64,000 nucleotides of DNA from the human T2T-CHM13v2.0 reference genome, Homo sapiens. The stretch lies in NCBI RefSeq assembly GCF_009914755.1, contig NC_060947.1. One strand, written 5' to 3'. This document shows positions 28,593-42,259 of this stretch, in pieces. The translations under genes and the position numbers were made by a program. Positions within the stretch are counted from its first letter, which is position 1. Each line of letters starts with the position of its first letter. A model generated the notes under the pieces. It searched no databases and had not been told where the DNA came from. It saw only the letters and a program-made list of their open reading frames with translations.

Positions 28593-29599
28593 GCATTGTT
28601 TTCTTAATGGTTGCTCTAGAGATTATAATATACACTTGTATATTTTTTTACAGTCTACTTAGAGTTAATATTGTACTGCTTCATGTAAAATGTAGAAACT
28701 TTAAACCAGACGTGTCAATTTATACCCCCTGTTTTTTATGCTATAATTGTCACACACATATTTTACACAAGAAGATTATAAACTTCACAAGACAATGTTA
28801 TAGTCATTACTTTAAAAAGTCCTATGTTACTTAAAAAATTGAGAGAAAAAATGGTTTTTTACATTTACCTAGATATGTATTATTTTTGGTGCTCTTCACT
28901 CCTTCCTGAAGGTCAGAGTTCTATTTGGTATCACTTCCCTTCAGCTTAAAAAAATTCACTTAGGATTTATTGTAGTGCAGGTCTGATAATGATAAATTTT
29001 CTGAGTTTTTAATTTATCTGAAAATGTCTTTATTTTATCTTTATGCTTGAAGGATATTTTTGTTTGTAATAGGATTCAGGATTGGCAAGTCCTTCCCCCA
29101 GCCCCCAGCATTTTAAAGATGTCATTTCACTCTCTTCTGGCCTTTATGTTTTCTGAAGAGAAATCAGTAATCATTTGAGTTCTTGTTTCTCTGTATATAA
29201 TGTGTAATTTTTCTCTGGCTTTTTAAAATATTTTCTTTGATATTCTGCAGTTTGACTATTATATGCCTGGGCATTTTTTTTTTCTTTGTACTTATCCTGC
29301 TAAGGGTTTGCTGAGCTTCTTGAATATGTAAATTTATACCTTTTACTGAATTTGGGGAAATTTTCACTGTTATTCCTTCAAATACTGTTTCCTCACCATT
29401 TTCTCTTTCCTCTCCTTTTGAGACTCCAATTACTTGTATGTAAGATCTTTTGATACTCCCCCACATATCCCTGAGACTGTTCATGTTTTTAATCATTTCA
29501 CTATCTATTCTTCCAAAAGGATCATTTATATTGATCTACCTTTAAATTTGCAGACATCTGTTGTTTTCGTGTTACTATTGGACCCATCCTGTGCAATTT

Positions 29600-29805
29600 T
29601 TTAAATTGTACAGTTTTTAGAATTCATGCTAAATGAATAGATTTTAGCTACTCTTGCCACAAAAACAACAAAAAAAGAGGTAACTATGTGAGACCATGGA
29701 TATGTTAATTTGCTTCACTATAGTAACCTTTTTACTCTCTATATGTATCCCGTAATATTATGTTATATACCTTAAATACACACAATAAAATTTACTTTTT
29801 AAAAA
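29600..29805 (+). mobile_element. Short L1MB-like 3' end
   Basis: gtaactatgtgag..ggatatgttaatttgctt..ttatataccttaaata...aataaa. Confidence 0.7.
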
Positions 29806-31242
29806 TTCCAATTATACTCAAAGTTTAGAATTTCTGTTTTGTTTGTTTCTGTTTCTTTTTAACCATTATTTCCTCTCTCCATTAATTGCAAACATATTAT
29901 CTTTTAAATACCTCAGCATAGTTATACTAGCTGCTTTAAAATCCTTGTCTGCTAATTCTAATATCTGGATAATCTCAAGGTTTAACTCCATTGATTATCT
30001 TTTAAAAATGGGTCACATTTTTTCTTCACGTATTGAGTAATTTTGGACTATGTCCTGGGTTTTATAAATGTTATATATATGAACACTCTAGATTCTACTC
30101 TATTCTTTTGTAGATTATAGATTTTTGTCATAACAGGCAATTAACTTGGTTGGACTATACTGTAGACACCAACTCTTGATTGGCAGTTCAAATCTCAGTT
30201 AATTCCTTTATTCTTAGTGGAAGTATGTCCTGTACATATGTGGTCCAGAGGTCAGGCATATATTTGGGCAGAATTTATACTCAGAATTTTGGATCCCGCT
30301 TTCCATTCCAGATGTCCACCACAACCCCCATCACCTCCCAGTGGCTATGGTTGCCCTGGCTTTTGTTTCTGGTTCTTCATTCCACAAAGACTGCAATTAA
30401 AAAAAAAATCAAAGTTTTAGATGTCCTTCACAGCATTAGTTTCAGCCTGCCATCAGGCTACAAGATGTAAAAACGGGTACCCCACCTTGTGATGTTACCT
30501 TTTTCCAAGTGTTTACTCTTCTCCAGAAACTGTCTGCTTTTGGTAATTTTCCAGTGCCTTCAAGTCGTTGTTACTTTGTATTGTTGTTATATGCAGGAGA
30601 GTTGAGTTTATTAGGAGCTACTTAGCCATATTGAAACAGATGTTGAATTCCCAGTGTATTTTGTTTACAATGGGGTTTTCTATCATGAATCTTGGTGGAG
30701 AGACAAACCAAACAACACCAGTTGTATTCTTGGTGCCAAACTGCTTACATATTGAAGCTAAATCATGACCTCTCCATGGTACTTGATTGCCCTAGCAGAG
30801 TTCATTTCTGCTTAGCAAAGAGCCATATGGGTTTTGAGACTACAAGTCATTTTTAGAAATATTATTCACTTTTAACCCCCACTATACACCCAGCTAGATA
30901 ATAGCAACTTGAGAGGCAGCATAGATAATTTTAAAAAGTGGGCCAAAATTGCATATATCTTTGTTCACCCACATCCCAGTTGTGTGATCCTAAGCAATTC
31001 ACTTAATCTTTCTACGCCATTTCCTGTTGCCATAATACAACGTACCTCTCAGAGTTGATAGAGAGATTAAATGGGAGAATGCAGGTAAGTGTGTCCACAT
31101 ATTCTGTTTTGTATGGGAGAATCCAGATTTATGGCTGTGGACTTAGTGTAATTATTAACAAAGCCCTTTTGACTCTCAAAAATGTTCCAGTACTTGTCAA
31201 ATACTATTACCAATCAACTCAGCAAATACTTCTGATAGTGGA

Positions 31243-31598
31243 TGTCTTGTTCCATTTTGTGCTGCTATAACAGAATACCACAGAATGGATAATTTCTGAT
31301 GAACAGAAATTTATTGGTTCACAGTTCTGGTGGCTGGGAAGTTGAAGATCAAGGGGCCGCCTGCGGTGAGAGCCTTCTTGCTGTGTCATCCAATGGCAGA
31401 TGTGCAAAGAGAGGGAGAGAGAGAACAAAAGATTGAACTCACAGCCTCAAGCCCTTTTATAATTGGCATTAATCCATTCAACAGGGTGGAGCCTTCATGA
31501 CCTAAACATATCCCATTGTGCCCCAGCCCCCATTATTATCACATTGGGGATTAAGTTTCCAGTACATGCTTTTTGGGGGACATATTCAAACCATAGCT
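31243..31598 (-). mobile_element. MaLR LTR (MST/MLT1A-like)
   Basis: tgtcttgttccattttgtgctgctataacagaataccacag ... ggggacatattcaaaccatagc. Confidence 0.8.
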
Positions 31599-32120
31599 GT
31601 GAGCATGCAGCAGAATTGCTAAGCGCTAATGCCTCACTTCCCTGCTTCACTTTTTAACCAAAACATTGCTCCATAAACTATGAGGAAAGTGCCTAATATC
31701 ATTGTATTGTGTTTTTTATTGTTGCTTTGTTTTTTCCTTTTAACATATGGAGGAAGGTAGCCTGAGTTCCAAGACTGGTCTTTATTTCTGATAATCAGGG
31801 CAAATGACCTAATTTGTCATTTCCCTCTCATCTCTATTATTACCCAGGTGAAAGGAGATCAAAGGGAGAGAACCTCAGGAATAGGCTTAGAAAGGAAAAG
31901 ATGATGTGTGTTTGTGTCTATGTCTGTGTGTACCAGGATCATGTCTTGGCCTGTGACTGTGTGTGTGTGTGTGTGAAAAGTGTATCATCGCTTATGGAGC
32001 TAGTTCCCACCTTTCAGTCCTTTGGGTGATATTCTGAGGCTGAGCTGGGGTGGGAGGTGGGCAGGACTTCACTATGATGAATGAAGACTCCAATTTTCAT
32101 TTTTTGGCTTTTCTTGGCAG

Positions 32121-32255
32121 ATTTTCCTAGGCAATGTCCCTGTGGGAGGGATTTTGGCTTCCATATATTTGCCTAAATCACTGACGGAGAGAATTCCTCT
32201 TAGCAACTTACAAACGATCTTGTTTAATTTCTTTGGCCAAACTTCACTCTTTAAG
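32121..32255 (+). CDS. ADGRG4: ADGRG4 exon, GAIN subdomain B (IFLGNVPVGGILASIYLPKSL...FNFFGQTSLFK)
   Basis: ttcttggcag / gtaaat; 135 nt, phase 0-0; ASIxLP and FxFF...LF GAIN motifs. Confidence 0.95.
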
Positions 32256-32751
32256 GTAAATTCTTGCCTGTGGTAACTGTGATGAACTGGCATATGGTGA
32301 CTCATTGTAATTATGAACTCTTGCTATTTTCATGATGTTCTGCTTATTTTAGAATATGCTGATTGATTCCACAAGTCTTCCAACACAACCCCTGCCCCTT
32401 AACATGAATCAACGTCTACTTTAATGATGTTCTACAGTTTTTAGTTTTCACAATATCTCAGCTTTGGAAGGAAACTTAAGGATTATCTGGTGGCTAAACA
32501 GAGGCCTCAAGATGTTTCAAAGCCAAAAAAGAACAGCGAGTTCTCCTGATGAAATGATGTTTCGGCTTATCAGTGCTTTCCTCCCAAATCTCCCCTGGCT
32601 CCTCAAAGCCAACATGTCCACTATTCTTGGCCAATTCCTTTGAAGTTGGGTGGTATCCAGAAGGACATTTGCCTGCAGGCATTTGTTGCTACTTCCCACA
32701 GCCCCCACAGAACTTTCTCTGAAGGCTGCAGTCCTCACCCACTAGAAAACA

Positions 32752-33010
32752 GAGGCAGCATGATGTGATGCTGAAGAGTGTGGACTCAGGGGCAGGCTGG
32801 TTGAATTAAAAGCTGGCAATGCCATATTCTGCCTGTGTGTCCTCAAGCAAGTTACTCAACCTTCATGTGCCTTAATTTCCTTCTCTGTAGTATAGGGTAA
32901 TAAGAATTCCTTATAGAGCTATTGAAGGATTAAAGGAATTGGTGTATTTAAAGTGCTTACAATACCGCTTGGCACATAAGTACCATGTTAAGTGTTTGCT
33001 CTACTATTAT
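32752..33010 (+). mobile_element. MIR
   Basis: gaggcagcatgatgtg...caagttactcaacctt...aaagtgcttac..gcttggcacataag. Confidence 0.75.
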
Positions 33011-34420
33011 TAGTATCCTGTCTTAGGTCTCTGCCTAACAAAAGCCTCATTCGTTTAGACCACTCTGTCTCATCTAGCTATTGGGAAGACAGTAATCAGA
33101 GTTTGCATGAATTTGAAGATAATGAACACTATTAATTGTTAATATTTACATTTATTATTTCATCTACTTCTCATGAGAAGCTGATACTCAAAAAGGTTAA
33201 GTAATTTTTCCCAAGGCCACATACCTAAAAAGTGGCATAGCTAGGAATCAAACCCAGGCTATCTGACTTCAAAGTTCATGTATTTAAAGTCAATACAATA
33301 ATTTTCCCAGATGTGTTTGTATTTCTAAAGAGGTTATCCAAAGTAATGAATTTCTAATGGTCAAATATCCACATTTCTTTTGTGGGAGGTTGCACTGGGC
33401 CAGCTCAAAATATAGCACATACCCATACCACACGCCACCTCAAATATACCATGTCACCTCCAGCTATGTCTGTAAGACTTTCTGTTCCCCTGGAGTTCTC
33501 TAGCCACTCCTTTCTCTCTCTAAATTCTATGTGTTCCTGTGGGCTTAGCTCAAATCCCACCCAGGGTGGCTGCCTGGAGTAAGTGAGTCTCTGCTCTCCT
33601 TCCTGCCTCCTGGGCAAAATATTTAGTGGGCAAAACATTTTAATAAAAATTAAAAATATGCTCCACAACACTTTGACCCTTTTGGTAGGCTTACAATTTC
33701 TCTTTGTCACTTGAGATGCCATTATTTTGGTCTTAATTTCTCTCCTTTCTTCAGAGGGCTGTGCTTGTCTCGTAGAATAAGAGATAAACTTGTTTTGCAT
33801 AGATTTCACACTTAATAAGTCATTTTTATTCACTAACACTTTCTACTGGAAGAGATTAAAGATCTTTGCCAAAATTAAACTGCAAACATCATAGTACCAG
33901 ATGAAGAAGGATTAGAACTAGCCTGCTTCAAATTCAGAGTTGAAAGGGCCCTCCTAACTCATATCATCCCATCTATTCATTTTACCATTGGTAAAAGTAA
34001 AATGGATATTGAGGACCTCGAGTCTCAGAGAGGGGAAGGAATCTGCTGAAGGTGTCACAATTTATTCATTCATTCACTCAATCATTTATTCATTCAGCAA
34101 ATATTTATTTAATTCCTACTGTGTGTCTTGTACGGTGCTGAATGCTGAGGATGCAATGCTGAGCAAGATACATAGTGCCTGCTCTCATGGAACTTCCAGT
34201 CTGCTGGAGGGGAAAACAGACCTAAATGTTCTAACATTAAAGGGGTGACCCTAGGCTGGGATCTGTGCCACTGGTTATTGGGGAAAGAGTACTTACAAAA
34301 ATGCTGCTCTTTAATTCTATTTTTCTTGAATCCCCGAGTATCACAGCCTTGCTTTCGCACTACTTTCTCTAATATTTTTTGATCAAAATCTTAAGTCATT
34401 ATGACACATAACCTTAGAAA

Positions 34421-34733
34421 TTTGTTTGTTTGTTTGTTTGTGTCTTTTAAAGACAGGATCTCGCTCTGCCACCCAGGCTGGAGTGTAGTGGTGCAATCAC
34501 AGCTCACTGCAACCTCTAACTCCTGGGTTCAAGAGATCCTCCTGGCTCAGCCTCCCAAGTAGCTGGGAATATAGGTGCTCACCACTGTGCCTGGTTAATT
34601 TTCATATTTTTTTGTAGAGATGGGGTCTCACTTTGTTGCCCAAGCTGGTCTCAAACTCCTGGTCTCAAGCCATCCTCCTGTCTCTGCCTCCCAAAGCGTT
34701 AGGTTTACAGGCATGAGCCACCGTGCCTGGTCC
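34421..34733 (-). mobile_element. Alu (AluJ-like)
   Basis: antisense Alu; TSD tagaaatt. Confidence 0.92.
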
Positions 34734-36612
34734 ATAGAAATTGTTGATAAGGCACCACTCTTGGATAATATGTGTCTCCTCCTCCACACCTCCTCTAGCT
34801 GTGATTCTCAGGGAGAGGGACAGGCACTAGGCGGTTACAATATGGCACAGGGGCTCTGGGTGCATAGAAGAGGGAATCTACCACTCATCTGGAAGATCAG
34901 GAAAGTGCAGTGAGAGAAAGGTCTCAGCGGAGCCCTGAAGTTGAGTAGGAGCTCAAAGATGAAATAGGGCAAAGAGAAGGAGAGAAGAGAGTTTCAGAGA
35001 GAGGGAATAGCTTGTCTAAAAGTTCAGAGGTGTAACAGATAAAACTTGAGCCTACAGTGCAAAGGGTGGAAGGATGAGGAAGTTTCTATTCCTTTCCTGG
35101 CATGGCTACCGTTTTGTAGTAAGGGAAATGAAACCAGAGAAAAGGCTAATTAAGTTTTGGATCATAGTGTGTGTCTCCTCCTTTGGCCTTTTCACTACAG
35201 AAAACTGCGTCACTTAGACTAAGTTGGGAGGATCATTAAATAACATCTAGTCTGCCATCTTTCCTAGTGTCACCAATAGACCAGGAAGGGGTAATAGGGC
35301 TTAGGAGGAACAAGAGAGCTAGGGTTAGCCCTTAGCCTTTTGAGTGTCAGCAGGGCCCTTCCCATTATATCTTGCTGTTGGCCATCTCTAAATCAGGTTG
35401 CCCCAGGCTGGTTTTGAATGAACAGAACAGGTCAGAAACAGGAAGTAAGTAGAGTCCTAGTGGAGCCCCAGGCTGAATTTGCAACTACCCAGGCTGCAGG
35501 GCTCAGGTGTGTAGGGTAGGTAGTAGGGACTGCACACTGTTTCTTCAGAAATATGAAGCCTTGGCATCTTCTAAAAGTGGCCCAGCAGGATCTCCAAGGA
35601 ATGTCATCTGCGTTCACGTCCTCTAGGCTTTTGTGGGGAAGTCCTCAGAGATTTTTCTTCCTCTCCCTCTTGTCTGGTATCACCAGCCCTACCTGTGGCC
35701 TCTTCACATGTGCCTGTGCCCCAGAACAGGCAGCATCTCAGCTGACTTGCATCCTGGAGCCTTGGCCTGGGGTACTTTGGCACTGTTAGTTAGCAAGCCC
35801 CACTTCTCAAGAGATACATTCTAGTTTGTTGCCTTTAAACCAACATTTATTAAGCATTCCTGCCCTGTCACCCACTAGCTGAGTGATCTTTATCCATTTA
35901 GGCACTGAGCCACTCAAGCCTCAGTTTATCTGAAAAATGCTTATATGGCTTCAATGAGGACTGCAAATGGCATGTGCATGAAAAGCACATAATAAGTGGC
36001 TCACTGTGGGCACAAGACACCTGCTGTGTCCTAGGATATGTGAGGAACACCAGGCTATACAATGCCTGGGCTCTGGCCTCAGAGCTCACAGTCCCCTAAG
36101 AAGGCGATGACTGTCCTCTGAAATTTGTTTCAAACTGGGTGTTGATCAACCTGCTTCCATCTCTGTCAGAATAGAACAAGAAGTGGTTTATAACTTACAA
36201 ATGATAGATTTAGGTTTCTTATAGAGGAGCTCCCTAAAAGTAAGCAAGGATGGTTGAGAGTTAGAACTGGGATAAGTTGTGAAATGTCAAGGTCCAGAAA
36301 GTTACCAAAATAGAGAATAGTTTCATTTTGTTGCTAGTGCAGTACTGAGTAGCAGGTGCAAAACAAATGCGTGCTAAATACACATTTGGTTGGATGGATG
36401 GATGGATTAATGAATTGTTCTAGCTTGGTATAATGGAGACCTTATGTGAAGACAGGAGATGAGCTGAATAACCTTTGACCTTAGCTTGCAATTTTATTTT
36501 CCACATTTCTGTACCTAACATTGTGTGTAGCACTTCAAAATTCCAGATTGATTATTAATATGTAAGTAATTAGAAATTTAGGTCCTGAACTCCTCTTTTG
36601 TTTCATCTGCAG

Positions 36613-36735
36613 ACCAAAAATGTCACTAAAGCATTAACCACCTATGTTGTGAGTGCCAGCATTTCAGATGATATGTTCATTCAAAACTTAGCTGACCCAG
36701 TGGTTATCACTCTGCAGCATATTGGAGGAAACCAG
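36613..36735 (+). CDS. ADGRG4: ADGRG4 exon, GAIN (TKNVTKALTTYVVSASI...NLADPVVITLQHIGGNQ)
   Basis: catctgcag / gtaata; 123 nt, phase 0-0; VVSAS and LxxPVxIxLxH motifs. Confidence 0.95.
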
Positions 36736-37380
36736 GTAATATATCTATTTTCAGCTCAGAATCAAATGGCCTCAGGAACTCTTCACGACTTTTCTGTTAA
36801 AAGTAATTTGTTAATTAACAGATGTGATTCTAACACTTAATGAGGAATGTCCTATTCCAGGTAGCAAATGTGTGTTATAATTGGAACCTTCCAGAAATAA
36901 TGCCTTATCCTAAAGTGATAGGGAATGATGGGCATTCTAGCACTGTGACAGATTGGTGGGGCAGTGACTGGATCTTTTGGATGTCCCATCACACTAAATG
37001 ACATGTGATTCCATTTATTTTTGAGCGAGACAAGCAACTTCACTCAAAATAATTGAATATTTGTATTACTTGAATTTCCAGAAATAACATTAAAACGTGT
37101 ATGAATTATCACCAAAGAACTAAAAGCATAGTCATATGGCATAACATAAGCTATATATTACTAAATAATCAACTTTAGCCTAAGTACAAGTATGAATGAC
37201 TATTCCATTATTTGACGTTAGTGTATGGCCAGTGTGACGTCTCAATAGATTTCTCAGTTCCCAGTCTAAAAGACCATATAGTTCAGCATACTTTTCACTG
37301 GTCTTGATTCTAGAAGGGAAGAAGAGAAGGAAGAGAGGGAGAGGAAATTTAAAGAAACAAATACCAAATGAAACGTGTTA

Positions 37381-37480
37381 GATAGGTAAGATCTCTCAAT
37401 TTGGTCTGGGCTACAGCACTTCAATTATCCCCGGTAACTAATTGCTCCTTGCCTGCAGTTTCCTGGAGACTACAGGAGCT
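37381..37480 (+). repeat. Copy 1 of ~100-bp local direct repeat
   Basis: aligns to 38148-38248 with about 11 substitutions and 3 single-base indels (by eye). Confidence 0.9.
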
Positions 37481-37915
37481 GGTGAAGTCTTAGGAATGTT
37501 CTGTAGGCCTAATGATGGGGCAGATCAAATTTCTGTCCATAAGGCTTGATCTCAGCGGTGAGCCCCGAATTCCAAAGCTCCAGAAGGAACACATCAGCCC
37601 TGCATTGACTATCCATAGCCTTGTACCAGAAGGGCATGGCAATTTTTAATACTACCAAATATTTTAAAGGACATATCAGATCACCAGCCGGTGACATGCT
37701 GTTTTCTCACTTGTAAATCCAGAGTTAGATGGTGGAGTTAGTCTAAAAGCCAATTCACAAATGGCCCAAATGTGTATGTGTATGTGTGTGTGCATGTCAG
37801 TGTGTGCATGTTTACCATGGGAAAAAATATTGGGAAGAAAACACTTATGTGTATATGTTACTATATGGTAAATATCACAAGGCAAGATGTTTACCTCTGA
37901 TTTCTTTTTTTCCAG

Positions 37916-37961
37916 AATTATGGTCAAGTTCACTGTGCCTTTTGGGATTTTGAGAATAATA
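37916..37961 (+). CDS. ADGRG4: ADGRG4 exon, first part of GPS (NYGQVHCAFWDFENN)
   Basis: ttttttccag / gtaagt; 46 nt, phase 0 to 1; CxFWD motif. Confidence 0.95.
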
Positions 37962-38147
37962 GTAAGTATTTTTGTTAGCAACTTTGACTTTGCCCCAGAC
38001 CATTTTCCCACTTGGCAGTTAAATGGGAGGGGGTTGTGCTGAAACTACTGTCTTATCAGACCCTACAGAGCATTCTGAATGACCAAGATACAGGATATGA
38101 TTTTTATATCAAATTAGGGCATGGGAATTAAGACAACTTTCCTTTTT

Positions 38148-38248
38148 GATAGGTAAGATCTCTCAATTGGTGCTGGGGCTACAGTGCTCCAATCATGCCC
38201 AATAACTAATTGCTCCTTACCTGCAGTTTCCTGAAGATTATAGGAGCT
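38148..38248 (+). repeat. Copy 2 of ~100-bp local direct repeat
   Basis: aligns to 37381-37480. Confidence 0.9.
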
Positions 38249-39770
38249 TATTACAAGTATCTTAGGCCCCAAAAATAATTATTTGGAAAATCAGAAAAAT
38301 TACACAACTCGAGGGTAAGCAAAGTTGGAAGAAAGAAATTTGGAAGGCCCAGCGCAGAGTAGCCTTGAACTGTTTGAAGAAAGTTGAGGAAGGAATACCT
38401 GGTTCTTTATCTGTGCTCTCCCACAGGGTTTTGCAAGATCTATGATCTCCTTCCCTTTTTTTTTCCTCACCTCTTTTAGACTGACTGTGTGACCTTGGGT
38501 AGACAATTTACCCCCTCTGAGCCCCAGTCTTTTTATCTTTTCATTGAGGAGATGAAACTTCTTGGTTGGTCTCTAAGGACCCTACTTGCTTGAATAAGCA
38601 TGAGTCTTTGGAGACAGACAGTAGAAGACTGGGAATGGTCATTGCTGACTGGGTTGCTCTTAGCATTGCCATCTTCACTGGAAATATCCAGGGTTATCAC
38701 CAAATCTCAGAGAATTTCCACACAGAATAAATTTCCCTAAGAACGCCAGGAGTGGCTAAGTGAGGAGTCCTTCTGCCTGTGGAAACTCTGCCTGGAACCT
38801 TTCCCTTTTTCACTATCCTTGGAATTCTGGGACAAAATGGAAATTCTCTTCCCATTCGGCTCCCTAGAGTATAAGAATACTACTTCTTTCTGACAAACAA
38901 AAATAACACTGCCCTTTCCTGATCCCCTCCAAGTCTCTCAGGATAAAACTCTATAAAGCGATGAGCTTTGTCCCCTACAACCTCAATATGTTGATCTCTA
39001 TGTTCATTAACGCAAATTGCTGGGGTACTCCCAGGTCACCCTTTGCCCCTGCACCTCTGCCCCGTGGATCTAGAACCTCTGGAATCTATGGCATTATCCC
39101 AGATGGACAAATGTTGACCAAACTTAGCTGCCTGCCCGGGGATAACCCCTTTGGTCTAGTGCCACTTGGGAAGTTCTAGTCTCAAATCTGATCTAGTACC
39201 TGAGATCTACAGGTTGTGGAGGTATGAGTGTTAGTTCTAAACCTGAGTGTGCTCAGAAGAAACTAGCCAGATGTCTAGTAGAGCAGAGGCTCTAATTGGC
39301 CCTGCAGAGCTCCAGACCATGATCTGACTTTGATTGAAAGCACTTGAGACCCTTTGAATTGCGGGTTCAGCTGGGTGTTCAGATGTCTATTCCAGTCCCT
39401 CTGAGTAAGCTCAAGTACCAGCTTATATTCCATACGTCCATGTCCTTAAAAATATTCTAGATCTGCTTGCTTCCTATTTATTGGCTACTTAAAAAAAAGT
39501 TCATGGTTAGAGTCTGTCCTAATTTGTAGAGGTATGGTACAAGAACAGGAAAAGGGAGAGCCGAAGAAGTTGTGCCATTTACGAAGTCCCCAAAAAGTCA
39601 ATTTAGTCTGTTAGACTTAATTTAATTTCAGTGTTCAATTATACCCCTAATCTTGCTATCTCAGCAAATAATATTAATTATAACACACGTTTGGATAGTG
39701 AATATAATGAAAAGTTAAACATTTCTGAGAAAAACAAAATTGCTTTGAAATTTCCTTCTGTCTCCTACAG

Positions 39771-39874
39771 ATGGGCTGGGTGGATGGAATTCGTCAGGCT
39801 GTAAAGTAAAGGAAACAAATGTAAATTACACAATCTGTCAGTGTGACCACCTCACCCATTTTGGAGTCTTAATG
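39771..39874 (+). CDS. ADGRG4: ADGRG4 exon, GPS with autoproteolysis site (GGWNSSGC...CQCDHL|THFGVLM)
   Basis: tctcctacag / gtgagt; 104 nt, phase 1 to 0; WxxxGC and CxCxHLT GPS consensus. Confidence 0.97.
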
Positions 39875-40784
39875 GTGAGTTGTCTCTTAGTCACTCCTCG
39901 ATGGAAGTTTGACAATTTTTATTAGACCAGTAATATATGTGTGAACTGTTATTAAAAAATGGTATGCATTTGGAAAAAAATCCCCCTTCCAATTTGTTCA
40001 TCCAAAGTAGATCAGATTGAGACAAATATTTATTTATTTATTCTCCTTATAAAATTAATGCTTGCTTCTCAAATTTCAAACAGTACAGAAAAGGTCCCTT
40101 TAACCTCCCTCCCAAGTGATCACCACCTTTAACAGGCTAACATGTATATTCATTTAGGTTCTTTTCCTGTGTATATAGGAATGTACATTTTTGTTTTATA
40201 AACATGGTATCAAATTATTCATACTGTTTTTACCGATTGCTTTTCTCATTTAACAATATATATTGCACAACTTTCAGGCAAATGTGTATGTATCTATTAT
40301 ACTTCAATTTTTAAAATACCTTTATAGTATACCATTGCTTGGGTTTAACACAATAAATTTAACTAATCCCTGACTAGTGGACATTATAGCTGTTGCTGTT
40401 TTTCTCATTATAAATATTGCTGTAATACACATTCTTACTCATGTATCTTCAAACATTGGTGTAAGTATTTTTGCAGGATAAGTTGACAGAAGTAGAATTG
40501 CTGGATTAAAGGGTCTGGTCATTAAAATATTTAAATTTAAGAAGGATCATAAGTATTTGCTGAGTTTTTCTTCCAAATGACTCTCAAATGTATTCCTTTT
40601 TCTCTACCCGCATCAGAATACTTTCCTGGATTTCTTAGGTAACTTTATTACATACTGTTATCTGAATGTGTCATATGTTACTTATTCCTACAAAGAATGG
40701 TTAGCTTTTTGAGGGCTGTGGGTCTGTTTTATATTTATTTATTTTACATATATATATATATATATATGTATGTATATATATATA

Positions 40785-40992
40785 TTTTTTTTTTGAGATG
40801 GAGTCTTGCTCTGTCACCCAGGCTGGAGTGCAGTGGTTCTATCTTGGCTCACTGCAAGCTCCGCCTCCCTGGCAGAGGTGGGAAGAATCACCTGAGTCCA
40901 GGGAGGTTGAGGCTGCAGTAGGCCGTGGTCAGGCCACTGCACTCCAGCCTGGGCAAAAGAGTGAGAACCTGTCCCAAAAAAAAAAAAAAAAA
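40785..40992. mobile_element. Fused inverted pair of Alu 3' fragments
   Basis: antisense fragment 40785-40872 and sense fragment 40873-40992, with T and A tracts at the outer ends. Confidence 0.9.
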
Positions 40993-41110
40993 GAGAGAGA
41001 GAGAGAGAGACCAGGGTTCTTGTTCCAGCTCTGTCTGTAACTAACTATGTGATCTTGGTAAGGTTGTTTCCCTCTTTTGGATCTTAGATTTTCTTCTGAA
41101 ATGTGAATGA

Positions 41111-41650
<540 letters not shown>

Positions 41651-42259
41651 AAGTAAACACTGCTTCTTAACCTTTGATGAGTCATGAATCTCTAATCATC
41701 TGATGAAAGCTATGGACTTTGTTCTTAGACCAGTGCACACATATATTCAAATAATTTTACATGTCATTTCAGATCTTTAATAGTAATTAATAAATCACTG
41801 AACTTTGTGATCTCTAAGGTCCATTTTGTTTGTTAATTTTGTGAAGGCTATTTAAGGACTAAGGAAAAGGACTTTTTTTTTTTTTTTTTTTTTTGCTGTT
41901 CTGTGTAGTGTTTTGAGATGCTCAGTTCAGATAATTATTCACTTTGCATCCCAAATTCACATCTCTCAGCTTGGTTATATTTTAAATGTAGAACATGTTA
42001 ATGATGATGAAGCCAAGGACCAAATGTTCTTCCAATGCTATTGATGGCTCCCCATGCCCTGTACACAGTCAGTTGGACTAGGCATACTCAGCAAACAATA
42101 TTTGGTCTTACCATACATCCATTCACATAATCTGGTTTTAGAAGAGCTATGGCAGAAATGTTATACATCCTGGGAACTTCCTGTTAGTGAACACTGGAAG
42201 CATTTTGCCATAAACTTGCTCTGGTGTATGTGTAAAACACAACACATTGTGTTCCTTAG

